The notes under the pieces were generated by a model that did not search any database, was not told the DNA's origin, and was given only the letters and a program-made list of their open reading frames with translations. The position numbers and the translations under genes are program-made. A stretch of DNA of 64,000 nucleotides from an uncultured Oscillospiraceae bacterium (GTDB lineage Bacteria > Bacillota > Clostridia > Christensenellales > CAG-138), in the NCBI GenBank assembly GCA_964636405.1, contig CAZWSI010000005.1, positions 17,975-81,974 on the forward strand, in the 5' to 3' direction. This document shows, piece by piece, positions 19,527 through 29,182 of the stretch (the stretch's first letter is position 1; every line of letters starts with the position of its first letter).

Positions 19527-20720
19527 TTAGCTGAGCGGTGCGTTGATGCCGTCAACGATGGGCCAGAAGTACGGCGCGGAACGGATCTTGGACTCGTACC
19601 AAATGCCGTTCTCAATCGCTTCGCCGCTGTCGGGCACATAGTCGCCGTCCGTATCCAGATACGGGCTGGAGGTCAGGTTCACGCCGTCTACGGTGAACTT
19701 GGAGCAGTCGAACACGTTCAGCGTGCCCGCCTTGATGGCGGCCTCAACCTCGGCTACCTTCTCGGCGGTGCCGGCTGCGCAGCTCTCGCCAAGGGTAGAA
19801 ATCATGTTGGCGCCGGTGGCATAGCCCTCGGACCAATCGGTCATGATCTCCTCACCCTTCTGGGCGCAGGCGAACGCATACTTGTAGTACACGCTCCAGT
19901 CGTTTTGGGCGCTGGTGAGAGCCGCCTTGGGCGCGACGGAGAGCATGTCCACGTTGTAGCCGACGCAATATACGGTCTTGCCGCCGTCAAGCGCGGCCTG
20001 CACGGCGCTGGGCGCGCCGGTCGAGTCGGCGTGCTGGCTGATCATCACGCAGCCGCGGCTCATCAGGGCATTTGCCGCCTCGGCTTCCGCGGTGGGATCA
20101 TACCAGGAGTTGGTGTAGATGACGTCCATGTGCGCCTCGGGGACGATGGAGCGAACGCCAAGGAAGAAGCCGGTGAAGCCGGAAACCACCTCTGCGTACG
20201 GGAAAGCGCCAACATAGCCGCAGTACGGATCGGTCACAGCGCCCGAATCCATGATCTCCTTGAGCTTCATGCCTGCGACGACGCCGGACACATAGCGGGA
20301 TTCAAAGGTGTGCGGGAACGCGTTCTTGAAGTTTTTGAGGCCGGAAACAGCCGCCGTGTCGCCCGTCATGGACACGAACACAACGTTCTCGTTCTCGGCA
20401 GCCGCCTGCTGCATGAAGCCCTGATGACCGTAGCTGTCGGAGAAGATGTACTGGCAGCCCGCCTCGACAAGGTCGATAGCGGCGTCATAGCACGCCGCGG
20501 TCTCGGCTACGTTGTACTTCCAGAGGATAGCGTCCTTGGAGATGCCAAGCGCTTCCGCCGCCGCGTTGATGCCCTTGATGTGCGCTTCGTCGTAGCCGGT
20601 GTTCTCATCGTGCACGAGAATGACGCCAATCTTCAGGCCCTCATCCGCCGCTTCCTTTTTGCAGCCCGCAAAAGAAAGAACCAGCAGAATGCCCAACAAC
20701 AGAGCAAGTGTCTTTTTCAT
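19527..20720 (-). CDS. BMP-family (PnrA/TmpC-like) substrate-binding lipoprotein
   Basis: Lipobox FAGC, GYDEAH, SDSYGH, NSWYDP..E, ISQHADS. Confidence 0.9.
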   Translation of the reverse strand: MKKTLALLLGILLVLSFAGCKKEAADEGLKIGVILVHDENTGYDEAHIKGINAAAEALGISKDAILWKYNVAETAACYDAAIDLVEAGCQYIFSDSYGHQGFMQQAAAENENVVFVSMTGDTAAVSGLKNFKNAFPHTFESRYVSGVVAGMKLKEIMDSGAVTDPYCGYVGAFPYAEVVSGFTGFFLGVRSIVPEAHMDVIYTNSWYDPTAEAEAANALMSRGCVMISQHADSTGAPSAVQAALDGGKTVYCVGYNVDMLSVAPKAALTSAQNDWSVYYKYAFACAQKGEEIMTDWSEGYATGANMISTLGESCAAGTAEKVAEVEAAIKAGTLNVFDCSKFTVDGVNLTSSPYLDTDGDYVPDSGEAIENGIWYESKIRSAPYFWPIVDGINAPLS

Positions 20721-20777
20721 GATTTCCCTCCTGATTTTGTATATATTGCTTCGTCCGTTTGCGGACGCAACAACCGC

Positions 20778-22013
20778 TTAGCGAATGCGGCCCGAGGCTT
20801 CGAGCGCGGCGAGATCCGGCTCGCAGGCGAAGGGCTTGCCGGCGGCGTCCATGGCGTTTTTCACGTCCTTGAGGCCGCTGCCCGTGCAGATGACCGTAAC
20901 GGTTTCGTCGGGCTTAATCACGCCCTCCGCAACCGCGCGCTTTACGCCCGCCGTGGCCGTTACGCCCGCCGGCTCGCCGAACACGCCCTCGGTGCGGCCA
21001 AGCAGGCGCATGGCGTCGAGAATCTCCGCGTCGGAAACGGAAAGCCAGCGTCCGCCGCTTTTTTCCACCGCGCGCTGGGCCTTTTTGGGGTTGCGCGGCA
21101 CGCCCACGGCAATGCTGTCGGCCAGGGTATTCTCAGGGGTGGGCGCAAGCTGGCCGTCCCGCGCGGCGGCGTCCACAAAGGGGCAGCAGCCATCGGACTG
21201 CACGCCGAGAATCCTCGGGATGCGGTCGATCATGCCGAGCTGGAGCAAATCGTAAAACCCGTTATACACGCCGCCGATGGTGCATCCGTCGCCCACGGAC
21301 ACGGCCACCCAATCGGTGGGCTGCCAAGCAAGCTGCTCCGCAATTTCAAGCGAGACCGTTTTTTTGCCTTCGGTTAAAATGGGATTGATGCCCGCGTTGC
21401 GGTTGTAGAAGCCCCATTTCTCAATGGCTGCCTTGCTCAGCTCGAAGGTCTGACGGTAATCGCCCTTGACGGAAACGACGTTCGCGCCAAAGATGAGAAG
21501 CTGCGCGACCTTGCCCTGCGGCGCGCGCTCCGGCACGAAGATGACGGTTTTCAGCCCCATACGCGCCGCGTTGCCCGCGCAGCTTGAAGCGGCGTTGCCG
21601 GTGGAGGAGCAGGCGATGGTGCCATAGCCCAGCTCGAGCGCCTTCGCGACCGCTACGCCCGAGGCGCGATCCTTCAGCGACGCGGTGGGATTGATGCCGT
21701 CGTCCTTGATGTATAGCTTTTTAAGCCCGAGCGTATCGCCCAGACGCAGAGACTCGTACAGGGGCGTCCACCCGATGCGCAGGAAACGGGAAAGGCCCTC
21801 GCCCGCAAGCGGCATAAGGGCCTTGTAGCGCCACATGCTGTTATCACGGTCGGCTGCGAGCGTTTCACGGCTCAGCGCCTTGCCAACCGCGCGATAATCA
21901 TATACAATGTCAAGTATTCCTTTTTCGCCGCAATGCGGGCAGGTCATAAGCTCCGGGCCAAAAGAATATTCACGTCCGCACAGCGTGCAGCGGTAACCGG
22001 CAATTCGTTCCAT
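20778..22013 (-). CDS. Threonine-synthase-like PLP enzyme (fold type II) with N-terminal zinc ribbon
   Basis: CTLC..CPHC, SMWRY, NPTASLKDRA, SSTGNAASS, EGKKT, SVGDG, TGSGLKD; RBS GAGGTG. Confidence 0.85.
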   Translation of the reverse strand: MERIAGYRCTLCGREYSFGPELMTCPHCGEKGILDIVYDYRAVGKALSRETLAADRDNSMWRYKALMPLAGEGLSRFLRIGWTPLYESLRLGDTLGLKKLYIKDDGINPTASLKDRASGVAVAKALELGYGTIACSSTGNAASSCAGNAARMGLKTVIFVPERAPQGKVAQLLIFGANVVSVKGDYRQTFELSKAAIEKWGFYNRNAGINPILTEGKKTVSLEIAEQLAWQPTDWVAVSVGDGCTIGGVYNGFYDLLQLGMIDRIPRILGVQSDGCCPFVDAAARDGQLAPTPENTLADSIAVGVPRNPKKAQRAVEKSGGRWLSVSDAEILDAMRLLGRTEGVFGEPAGVTATAGVKRAVAEGVIKPDETVTVICTGSGLKDVKNAMDAAGKPFACEPDLAALEASGRIR

Positions 22014-22268
22014 TCGTGACACCTCAATACAATATGTAGTTAATATACCTCAAAACGGATCGCTTGTACATACAGTTTTCATATTCGTACTGATATTTTT
22101 GCCACAAGAATCTTTTTATTCTCTTAATATTTTTATACTAACAGATTTTTTGTTATTCAGCAAGAATATTTTTTTGTGTTCAATTGCGTATCTTGTTGCA
22201 GGGCGCGATTTTGAAGTAGTATAATAGAAGCAACAAATCGGAAGAATCGTACAAGGGGGTATACGTCC

Positions 22269-23597
22269 ATGCTTTTAATCGGAAACGGCAGACTTCTCAC
22301 CCGCGACGAGGGCGGCTATTATGAAAACGGCGCGGTTGCCATAGAGGGGAATCTCATTAAAGAGGTCGGTGCGTATGCCGATATGAAGCGCAAGTACCCG
22401 GACGCGGAATGGATTGACGCGCGCGGCGGCGTGATCATGCCCGGTTTAATCAACACGCACAACCACATCTACAGCGCGTTTGCGCGGGGGCTTTCCATCA
22501 AGGGCTATAACCCCAGGAATTTCAACGATATTCTGGAGGGCATGTGGTGGACGATCGACCGCAAGCTGACGCTGGAGAACGATTCGCTCTCGGCGTATGC
22601 CGTGTATATCGACTGCATCAAAAACGGCGTAACGACGGTGTTTGACCACCACGCGAGCTATTGCGACATTCCTGGCTCGCTCGATACGCTTTCAGACGCG
22701 GCGCGCGCGCTCGGCGTGCGGACAAGCCTCTGCTACGAGGTTTCCGACCGCGACGGCGAGGAAAAGATGCGGCAAGCCGTGCTCGAAAACGAACGCTTCA
22801 TCAAAAAGGCCGCAGCGGACGAAAGCGACATGCAAAAGGGCATGATGGGCCTGCACGCGGCCTTCACACTCTCCGACAAAACGCTTGCATACTGCGCGGC
22901 GCACAAGTGCGATTGCACGGGCTACCACGTCCACGTGGCAGAGGGTATGGGCGACGTGACCGATTCGCTGAAAAAATACGGCAAGCGCATTGTGGAGCGG
23001 CTCTATGAGCTGGATATATTGGGAAGCAATACGCTGGCCGTTCACTGTGTGCATGTGAGCCCAGCCGAAATGGAGCTTTTGCTTGAAACAGATAGCATGG
23101 TCGTGCACAATCCCGAATCCAACATGGGCAACGCCGTGGGCTGCGGGCCGGTTATCCAACTGTTTGCCAAGGGACTCTGCCTCGGCCTTGGCACCGACGG
23201 CTACACCAACGATATGCTGGAAAGCTACAAGGTTGGCAATATCATCCACAAGCACAACCTCTGCGATCCGACCGTTGCCTGGGGCGAGCTTCAGGCCATG
23301 CTCTTTGAGGGTAACCGCCGCATTGCGGAGCGCTTTTTCGCCAGGCCCCTCGGCGTGCTCAAGCCCGGCGCGTACGCCGACGTGATCGTCACCGACTACG
23401 ACCCGCTCACGCCCATGGACGCGGGCAACGCAAACAGCCATATCCTTTTCGGCATGAACGGACGCACCGTTGTAACGACCGTAATCAACGGAAAGGTGCT
23501 CATGCGCGACCGGGCGCTTCTCGTCGCGGACGAAAAGGAAATCATGGCCAAATGCCGTGAAAGCGCGAAAAAGCTCTGGACTTCCATCAACGGATAA
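22269..23597 (+). CDS. ssnA: Amidohydrolase SsnA
   Basis: PGLINTHNHIYSAFARG, DHHAS, GLHAAFT, HVHVAEG, HNPESNMGNAVG, GTDG. Confidence 0.92.
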   Translation: MLLIGNGRLLTRDEGGYYENGAVAIEGNLIKEVGAYADMKRKYPDAEWIDARGGVIMPGLINTHNHIYSAFARGLSIKGYNPRNFNDILEGMWWTIDRKLTLENDSLSAYAVYIDCIKNGVTTVFDHHASYCDIPGSLDTLSDAARALGVRTSLCYEVSDRDGEEKMRQAVLENERFIKKAAADESDMQKGMMGLHAAFTLSDKTLAYCAAHKCDCTGYHVHVAEGMGDVTDSLKKYGKRIVERLYELDILGSNTLAVHCVHVSPAEMELLLETDSMVVHNPESNMGNAVGCGPVIQLFAKGLCLGLGTDGYTNDMLESYKVGNIIHKHNLCDPTVAWGELQAMLFEGNRRIAERFFARPLGVLKPGAYADVIVTDYDPLTPMDAGNANSHILFGMNGRTVVTTVINGKVLMRDRALLVADEKEIMAKCRESAKKLWTSING

Positions 23598-23610
23598 GGA
23601 GGAAACAACC

Positions 23611-26589
23611 ATGTCCGACCGTATGACCCCCATCCCCTTCGGGGCCCTGATGCAATGGATTCTTGCGGAGAAAAAACAGGAGGGCTCCGTATTCGGCGTA
23701 CGCAGGGCGTTTACCGCCGCGCCGAACAAGCGGCTGCCTTTCTTTGCCGAAGCGCTGGAAACCCCCATCGGCCCGGCCGCCGGGCCGCATACGCAGCTTG
23801 CCCAGAATATCATCGCGGCCTATTATGCGGGCGCGCGCTTCTTTGAGCTGAAAACGATTCAAACGCTCGACGGCGAGGATCTGCCCGTGTCAAAGCCCTG
23901 CATTCTTGCAGAGGACGAGTGCTACAATGTGGAATGGTCCACCGAGCTGCGCGCGCAGGAGGCCGTGAATGAATACGTAAAGGCATGGTTTGCGCTCAAG
24001 CTCCTCAGCCGGGCGTTCGGGCTTGGTCGTGAAAACGGCTTTGCCTTCAATATGAGCGTGGGATACGATTTTGCGGGGATTACCTCGGAAAAAATCGACG
24101 CATGCATTGAAACGCTCAAGGACGCTTCGCGCTCCGCGCAGTGGGCGGCGTGCCGGGAATGGGCATACGCGAATATGGACGCGCTCCCCGGCGTGGACGC
24201 GGCTTATATCGAAGGCGTTTGCCCGCAGGTATGCCGCTCCATTACGCTCTCCACGCTCCACGGCTGCCCGCCGCAGGAGATTGAACGCATCGCGGGCTAC
24301 CTCATGGAGAAGAAGAAGCTCGTTACCTTTGTAAAGTGCAACCCGACGCTCCTTGGCTACGCTTTCGCGCGCCGCACGCTCGATGAAATGGGCTACGGCT
24401 ATATCCAGTTTAACGATTTTCATTTTCGGGACGATCTGCAATACGGCGACGCGATCCCCATGTTTAAGCGGCTTACCGCAAAGGCGGCTGAAAACGGCGT
24501 AAGCTTTGGACTCAAGCTCACCAACACCTTCCCGGTGGATATCGCGCGCGGCGAGCTGCCCGGGAGCGAAATGTACATGAGCGGACGCTCGCTTTATCCG
24601 CTCACCATCGAGCTTGCGCGCAGGCTTACCGAGGAATTTGACGGCGGCATGCGCATCTCCTTTTCCGGCGGGATCGACGCGTTTAACGCCGCGCCGCTCT
24701 TTGAGGCGGGCGTTTGGCCCATTACGCTTGCTACGACGCTCCTTAAGCCCGGTGGCTACCAGCGCCTCACCCAGCTTGCGCAAAGCATTGAAAAGCTGCC
24801 GTATAAGGCCTTTGACGGCGTATCGGTTGGAAAGCTTGAGCATCTCGCGCTCTCCGCGCGCCGCGACGCGCGGCACATAAAGCCCGTTAAGCCCCTCCCC
24901 AAGCGCAAGCTTTCCAAAAAGCTCCCCTTGACAAGCTGCTTTACCGCGCCCTGCGCGCACGGCTGCCCCATTGGGCAAGATATCCCGGAGTATGTTTCGC
25001 TGGTGGGCCGCGGCGCGTACGAGGAAGCGCTTTCCCTCGTGCTTGAGAGGAACCCGCTGCCCTTCATGACAGGCACGATCTGCACGCACCGCTGCATGGA
25101 AAAGTGTACGCGCAATTTCTATGAGGAAGCCGTACGCATCCGCGCAGCCAAGCTTTGCGCAGCGAAAAACGGCTTTGACGGCGTGATAGACGCTCTCGCG
25201 CCGCGCAAAGAAAAGAACGGCGCGCGTGTTGCCGTTGTGGGCGGCGGGCCGGCCGGCATGGCCTGCGCGTTCTTCCTCGCGCGGCAGGGAGCAAGCGTGA
25301 CCCTCATCGAAAAGCGTGAGAAGCTCGGCGGCGTGGTGCGCTATGTCATCCCGGGCTTCCGCATTGGAGACGACGCCGTCGACAGCGACGCGCGGCTGCT
25401 TGCCAAAATGGGCGCGGACGTGCGCACGGGCAGCGAAGCGCCATCCGCCGATGCGCTGTTTAAGCAGGGCTATACGCATGTGGTATACGCCGTCGGCGCG
25501 CAAAAGGAGGGCCAGCTCCGCCTTGAAAAGGGCGAGGTTCTCAACGCCATCCGCTTTTTGGAAGCGTTCCGCGCGGGCGGTGCGCTCGATCTTGGCGCGG
25601 ATGTGGTGATCGCGGGCGGCGGCAACACCGCCATGGACGCGGCGCGCGCGGCCAAGCGCGTCCCCGGCGTGGAGCGCGTGCGGCTGGTCTATCGCCGCAC
25701 CAAGCGCTATATGCCCGCCGACGAGGAGGAGCTAAAGCTTGCGCTGGATGACGGCGTGGAATTTTTAGAGCTGCTCTCCCCCGTTTCCCTTGAAAACGGC
25801 ATGCTGCTTTGCCACGAAATGGCGCTCGGCGCGCCGGACGCATCCGGCAGGCGCGCGCCCGAGGCGACGGACAAAACACGCCTTGTGCCCTGCACGGCGC
25901 TCGTCGCGGCGGTTGGCGAAAAGGCGGATGGCGCGTTCCTTGCCGCAAACGGCCTTGCGCTGAACGAAAAGGGCGGCGCGCTCGTAAACGCCGACACGCT
26001 GGAAGCCTCCCGCAAGCACGTGTTTGTCATTGGCGACGCAAACCGCGGGCCCGCCACGGTGGTGGAGGCCATTGCGGACGCGCGCCGGGCCGCCGACGCG
26101 ATTGTCGGCCCGTATGCCTATGCGTTGCCCCCGCGCGCTGCGGGCGCTGAGGAGGTCTGCCTGAAAAAACAAGGTGTTTTGCGCGTCTACGATCATGCCG
26201 AAAAAGAAGCCGAGCGCTGCCTTTCCTGCTCGACGGTTTGCGAATGCTGCGTGCAAGTGTGCCCCAACCGCGCCAATGTGGCCGTGCGCGTGCCGGGCAT
26301 GGCCATGCCGCAGATTATTCATGTGGACAGGCTTTGCAACGAGTGCGGCAACTGTCTCGTGTTCTGCCCGTACGACGGCGCGCCGTATAAGGAAAAGCTT
26401 ACGCTCTTTTCCACGGAGAAGGAATTTGATGAAAGCGAAAATCTGGGCTTTTTGCCGCTGCAAGACGGGCGCGTGAAGCTTCGGCTGGATGGCGGCGTAC
26501 GCATCGTCGCGCCAAACGACGATTCTGTGCCAGCCGAAGTTTCCGCCGTGATGGAAGCCGTGCTGAATACCTATCGCTATCTGCTTTAA
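23611..26589 (+). CDS. ygfK: YgfK Fe-S flavoprotein ('putative selenate reductase subunit')
   Basis: MSDRMTPIPF, GPAAGPHTQLAQNI, LSTLHGCPP, KLTNTFPV, GGGPAG, GGGNTAMD, C-terminal 2x[4Fe-4S] CNECGNC. Confidence 0.94.
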   Translation: MSDRMTPIPFGALMQWILAEKKQEGSVFGVRRAFTAAPNKRLPFFAEALETPIGPAAGPHTQLAQNIIAAYYAGARFFELKTIQTLDGEDLPVSKPCILAEDECYNVEWSTELRAQEAVNEYVKAWFALKLLSRAFGLGRENGFAFNMSVGYDFAGITSEKIDACIETLKDASRSAQWAACREWAYANMDALPGVDAAYIEGVCPQVCRSITLSTLHGCPPQEIERIAGYLMEKKKLVTFVKCNPTLLGYAFARRTLDEMGYGYIQFNDFHFRDDLQYGDAIPMFKRLTAKAAENGVSFGLKLTNTFPVDIARGELPGSEMYMSGRSLYPLTIELARRLTEEFDGGMRISFSGGIDAFNAAPLFEAGVWPITLATTLLKPGGYQRLTQLAQSIEKLPYKAFDGVSVGKLEHLALSARRDARHIKPVKPLPKRKLSKKLPLTSCFTAPCAHGCPIGQDIPEYVSLVGRGAYEEALSLVLERNPLPFMTGTICTHRCMEKCTRNFYEEAVRIRAAKLCAAKNGFDGVIDALAPRKEKNGARVAVVGGGPAGMACAFFLARQGASVTLIEKREKLGGVVRYVIPGFRIGDDAVDSDARLLAKMGADVRTGSEAPSADALFKQGYTHVVYAVGAQKEGQLRLEKGEVLNAIRFLEAFRAGGALDLGADVVIAGGGNTAMDAARAAKRVPGVERVRLVYRRTKRYMPADEEELKLALDDGVEFLELLSPVSLENGMLLCHEMALGAPDASGRRAPEATDKTRLVPCTALVAAVGEKADGAFLAANGLALNEKGGALVNADTLEASRKHVFVIGDANRGPATVVEAIADARRAADAIVGPYAYALPPRAAGAEEVCLKKQGVLRVYDHAEKEAERCLSCSTVCECCVQVCPNRANVAVRVPGMAMPQIIHVDRLCNECGNCLVFCPYDGAPYKEKLTLFSTEKEFDESENLGFLPLQDGRVKLRLDGGVRIVAPNDDSVPAEVSAVMEAVLNTYRYLL

Positions 26590-26599
26590 GGAGGCCGCT

Positions 26600-29170
26600 A
26601 TGGCAAGCTTTACCGTCAACGGCGAAACGGTCGTTGTGGCGCAAAATCAAAAGCTTCTCCCCTATCTGCGCGATACGCTCCGCCTTACCGCCGCCAAGGA
26701 CGGCTGCTCGGAGGGCGCGTGCGGCGCGTGCATGGTGCTTGTAGACGGAAAGCCGCAGAAAGCCTGCGTGCTGCGAACCGATAAGCTTGAGGGCCGCTCC
26801 GTCGTGACGGTGGAAGGCCTGACAGCGCGCGAACGCGCGGTGTACGCCTATGCGTTCACGACGGCGGGCGCGGTGCAATGCGGCTTTTGCACGCCGGGCA
26901 TGGTCATCTCAGCCAAGGCCCTGCTCGACGAAAACGCCTCGCCTACACGCGCGGAGGTCAAAAACGCCATTAAAAACAACATCTGCCGCTGCACGGGCTA
27001 CCAGAAAATCGAAGACGCGATTCTGCTTGCCGCTTCCCTCTTTGCAAGCGGCGAGGCCGTGCCCTGTTGCACGCTTGCAGGCGTAACGGGCGAGAACCTG
27101 CCCCGCGTGGATGCGCCAGGCAAAACGCTTGGCAACGCGCGCTATGCGGACGATTTGCAGCTTGACGGCATGGCGTACGCTTCGGCCGTGCGCAGCGCAT
27201 ATCCCCGCGCGCGGGTGCTGGCCATTCGCACGGAGGCGGCCACGCGGGAGCCCGGCGTGCTCGCGGTGCTTACGGCAAGCGATGTGCCCGGCGCAAAGAA
27301 GATCGGCCACCTCGTGCAAGACTACGATGTGATGATCCCCGTTGGCGGTATAACGCATTTTCTCGGCGACGCAATCGCGCTGGTGGTCGCGGAAACCAGG
27401 GAGGCGCTCGCCCGGGGCAAGGCGCTGGTTGAGATCGATTACGAGCCCCTTGCGCCTATTCTTTCCGCTGCGGAATCGGCCGCCGACGGCGCGCCGCGCG
27501 TGCACGGCGAGCGGGATAACCTGCTCGCGCACGAGCGCCTTGTGCGCGGAAACGCGGCGGAAAAAATCGCCGCTTCGCGGTATGTGGTTACGCGCCATTA
27601 CACCGTGCCCTTTACGGAGCATGCCTTCCTGGAGCCGGAGTGCGCGGTGGCCTGCCCGGAGGGCGGCGGCGTGCGCGTCTATTCAGGCGATCAGGGCGTG
27701 TACCAGACCCGCAAGGAATGCGCGGCCATGCTTGGCCTCGCGCCTGAAAGCGTGCGCGTGACGGCCATGATGGTGGGCGGCGGCTTTGGCGGCAAGGAGG
27801 ACATGAGCGTGCAGCACCACGCGGCGCTCGCGGCATGGGCCGTCAAGCGGCCGGTCAAGGTGAAGCTCACGCGCGCGGAGAGCATGCTCATTCACCCCAA
27901 GCGTCATCAAATGGATCTGATCTTTACGACCGCCTGCGACGAACACGGCAACCTGACCGCCATGAAGGCGGAGCTGGTGGCGGACTCGGGCGCGTACGCG
28001 TCGCTCGGCGGGCCGGTGCTGCAAAGGGCTTGCACGCACGCGGCGGGTCCGTATCATTATCAGGATATCGATATCGACGGCAAAGCCTACTATACCAACA
28101 ATCCGCCCGCGGGCGCGTTTCGCGGCTTCGGCGTGTCGCAGAGCTGCTTTGCCATTGAATGCAATCTGAACGAGCTGGCGCGGCTTGTGGGCATCTCTGC
28201 CTTTGAAATGCGCTATCGCAATGCCATCCGCCCGGGCGAGACGTTGCCCAACGGCCAGATTGCGGACGAAACGACCGCGCTTATTGAAACGCTCGACGCG
28301 GTGCGTCCCATTTTGGAACGCAATCCCAAAGCGGGCGTTGCCTGCGCGATGAAAAACAGCGGGCTTGGGGTGGGAATCCCCGATACGGGCCGCTGTCGTA
28401 TTGAGGTGAAGGGCGGCAAGCTCCACCTGCATTCCAGCGCAGCGTGCATCGGGCAGGGCATGGGAACCGTGCAGCTCCAGCTTGCGGCCGAAGCCGCGGG
28501 CCTGCCCGTAAGCGAAATTCTCTACCACGCGCCGGATACCGCCGAAGCGCCCGACGCGGGTAACACCACAGCCTCCCGCCAAACGCTCTTTACAGGCGAG
28601 GCCACGGTGCGCGCGGCGCGGCAGGTGCGCGCGGCGCTCGAGCTGGCCGGATCGCTTGACGCGCTTGAGGGGCGAAGCTTTCTGGGCGAATACTGCGGCT
28701 TAACCGATAAGCTTGGGTCCGATAAGCCAAACCCCGTTTCACATATTGCCTACGGGTACGCCACGCAGGTGGTCGAGCTGTGCGACGACGGTAAGCTTTT
28801 GCGTGTAACCGCCGTGCACGACGTGGGCCGCGCCGTGAACCCCATCGCGCTCGAGGGGCAAATCGAGGGCGGCGTGGTCATGGGCCTTGGCTACGCGCTG
28901 ACAGAGGATTTTCCGCTTGAAAACGGGAGGCCCACGAAGAAATACGGCACGCTAGGGCTCTTTAAGGCGCCCGCCGCGCCGCCCATCGACGTGATCGTCG
29001 TGGGCAAGTCCGCGAAGGACAAGCTGGCGCTCGGCGCAAAGGGCATAGGCGAAATCTGCACCATCCCGACTGCGCCCGCCGTGCAGAACGCTTACTACAA
29101 TCTGGACGGAGACTTCCGAACGAAACTCCCCCTTGAACATACGGCATACAGCAAAACAGATACGAAGTAA
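26600..29170 (+). CDS. xdh: Selenium-dependent xanthine dehydrogenase-type molybdenum hydroxylase (2Fe-2S + Moco, no FAD domain)
   Basis: GCSEGACGAC, QCGFCTPG, CRCTGY, GGGFGGKED, AFRGFG, GAKGIGE. Confidence 0.9.
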   Translation: MASFTVNGETVVVAQNQKLLPYLRDTLRLTAAKDGCSEGACGACMVLVDGKPQKACVLRTDKLEGRSVVTVEGLTARERAVYAYAFTTAGAVQCGFCTPGMVISAKALLDENASPTRAEVKNAIKNNICRCTGYQKIEDAILLAASLFASGEAVPCCTLAGVTGENLPRVDAPGKTLGNARYADDLQLDGMAYASAVRSAYPRARVLAIRTEAATREPGVLAVLTASDVPGAKKIGHLVQDYDVMIPVGGITHFLGDAIALVVAETREALARGKALVEIDYEPLAPILSAAESAADGAPRVHGERDNLLAHERLVRGNAAEKIAASRYVVTRHYTVPFTEHAFLEPECAVACPEGGGVRVYSGDQGVYQTRKECAAMLGLAPESVRVTAMMVGGGFGGKEDMSVQHHAALAAWAVKRPVKVKLTRAESMLIHPKRHQMDLIFTTACDEHGNLTAMKAELVADSGAYASLGGPVLQRACTHAAGPYHYQDIDIDGKAYYTNNPPAGAFRGFGVSQSCFAIECNLNELARLVGISAFEMRYRNAIRPGETLPNGQIADETTALIETLDAVRPILERNPKAGVACAMKNSGLGVGIPDTGRCRIEVKGGKLHLHSSAACIGQGMGTVQLQLAAEAAGLPVSEILYHAPDTAEAPDAGNTTASRQTLFTGEATVRAARQVRAALELAGSLDALEGRSFLGEYCGLTDKLGSDKPNPVSHIAYGYATQVVELCDDGKLLRVTAVHDVGRAVNPIALEGQIEGGVVMGLGYALTEDFPLENGRPTKKYGTLGLFKAPAAPPIDVIVVGKSAKDKLALGAKGIGEICTIPTAPAVQNAYYNLDGDFRTKLPLEHTAYSKTDTK

Positions 29171-29182
29171 AGGAGAATTTTC

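Noticed and set aside
22014..22268. Purine riboswitch upstream of the nucleoside ABC or ssnA operons
   Set aside because: Conserved aptamer core not found, and the leaders appear short
22269..29170. Selenocysteine (UGA) read-through in the Se-linked purine genes
   Set aside because: ssnA, ygfK and xdh are full length with no in-frame TGA and end in TAA
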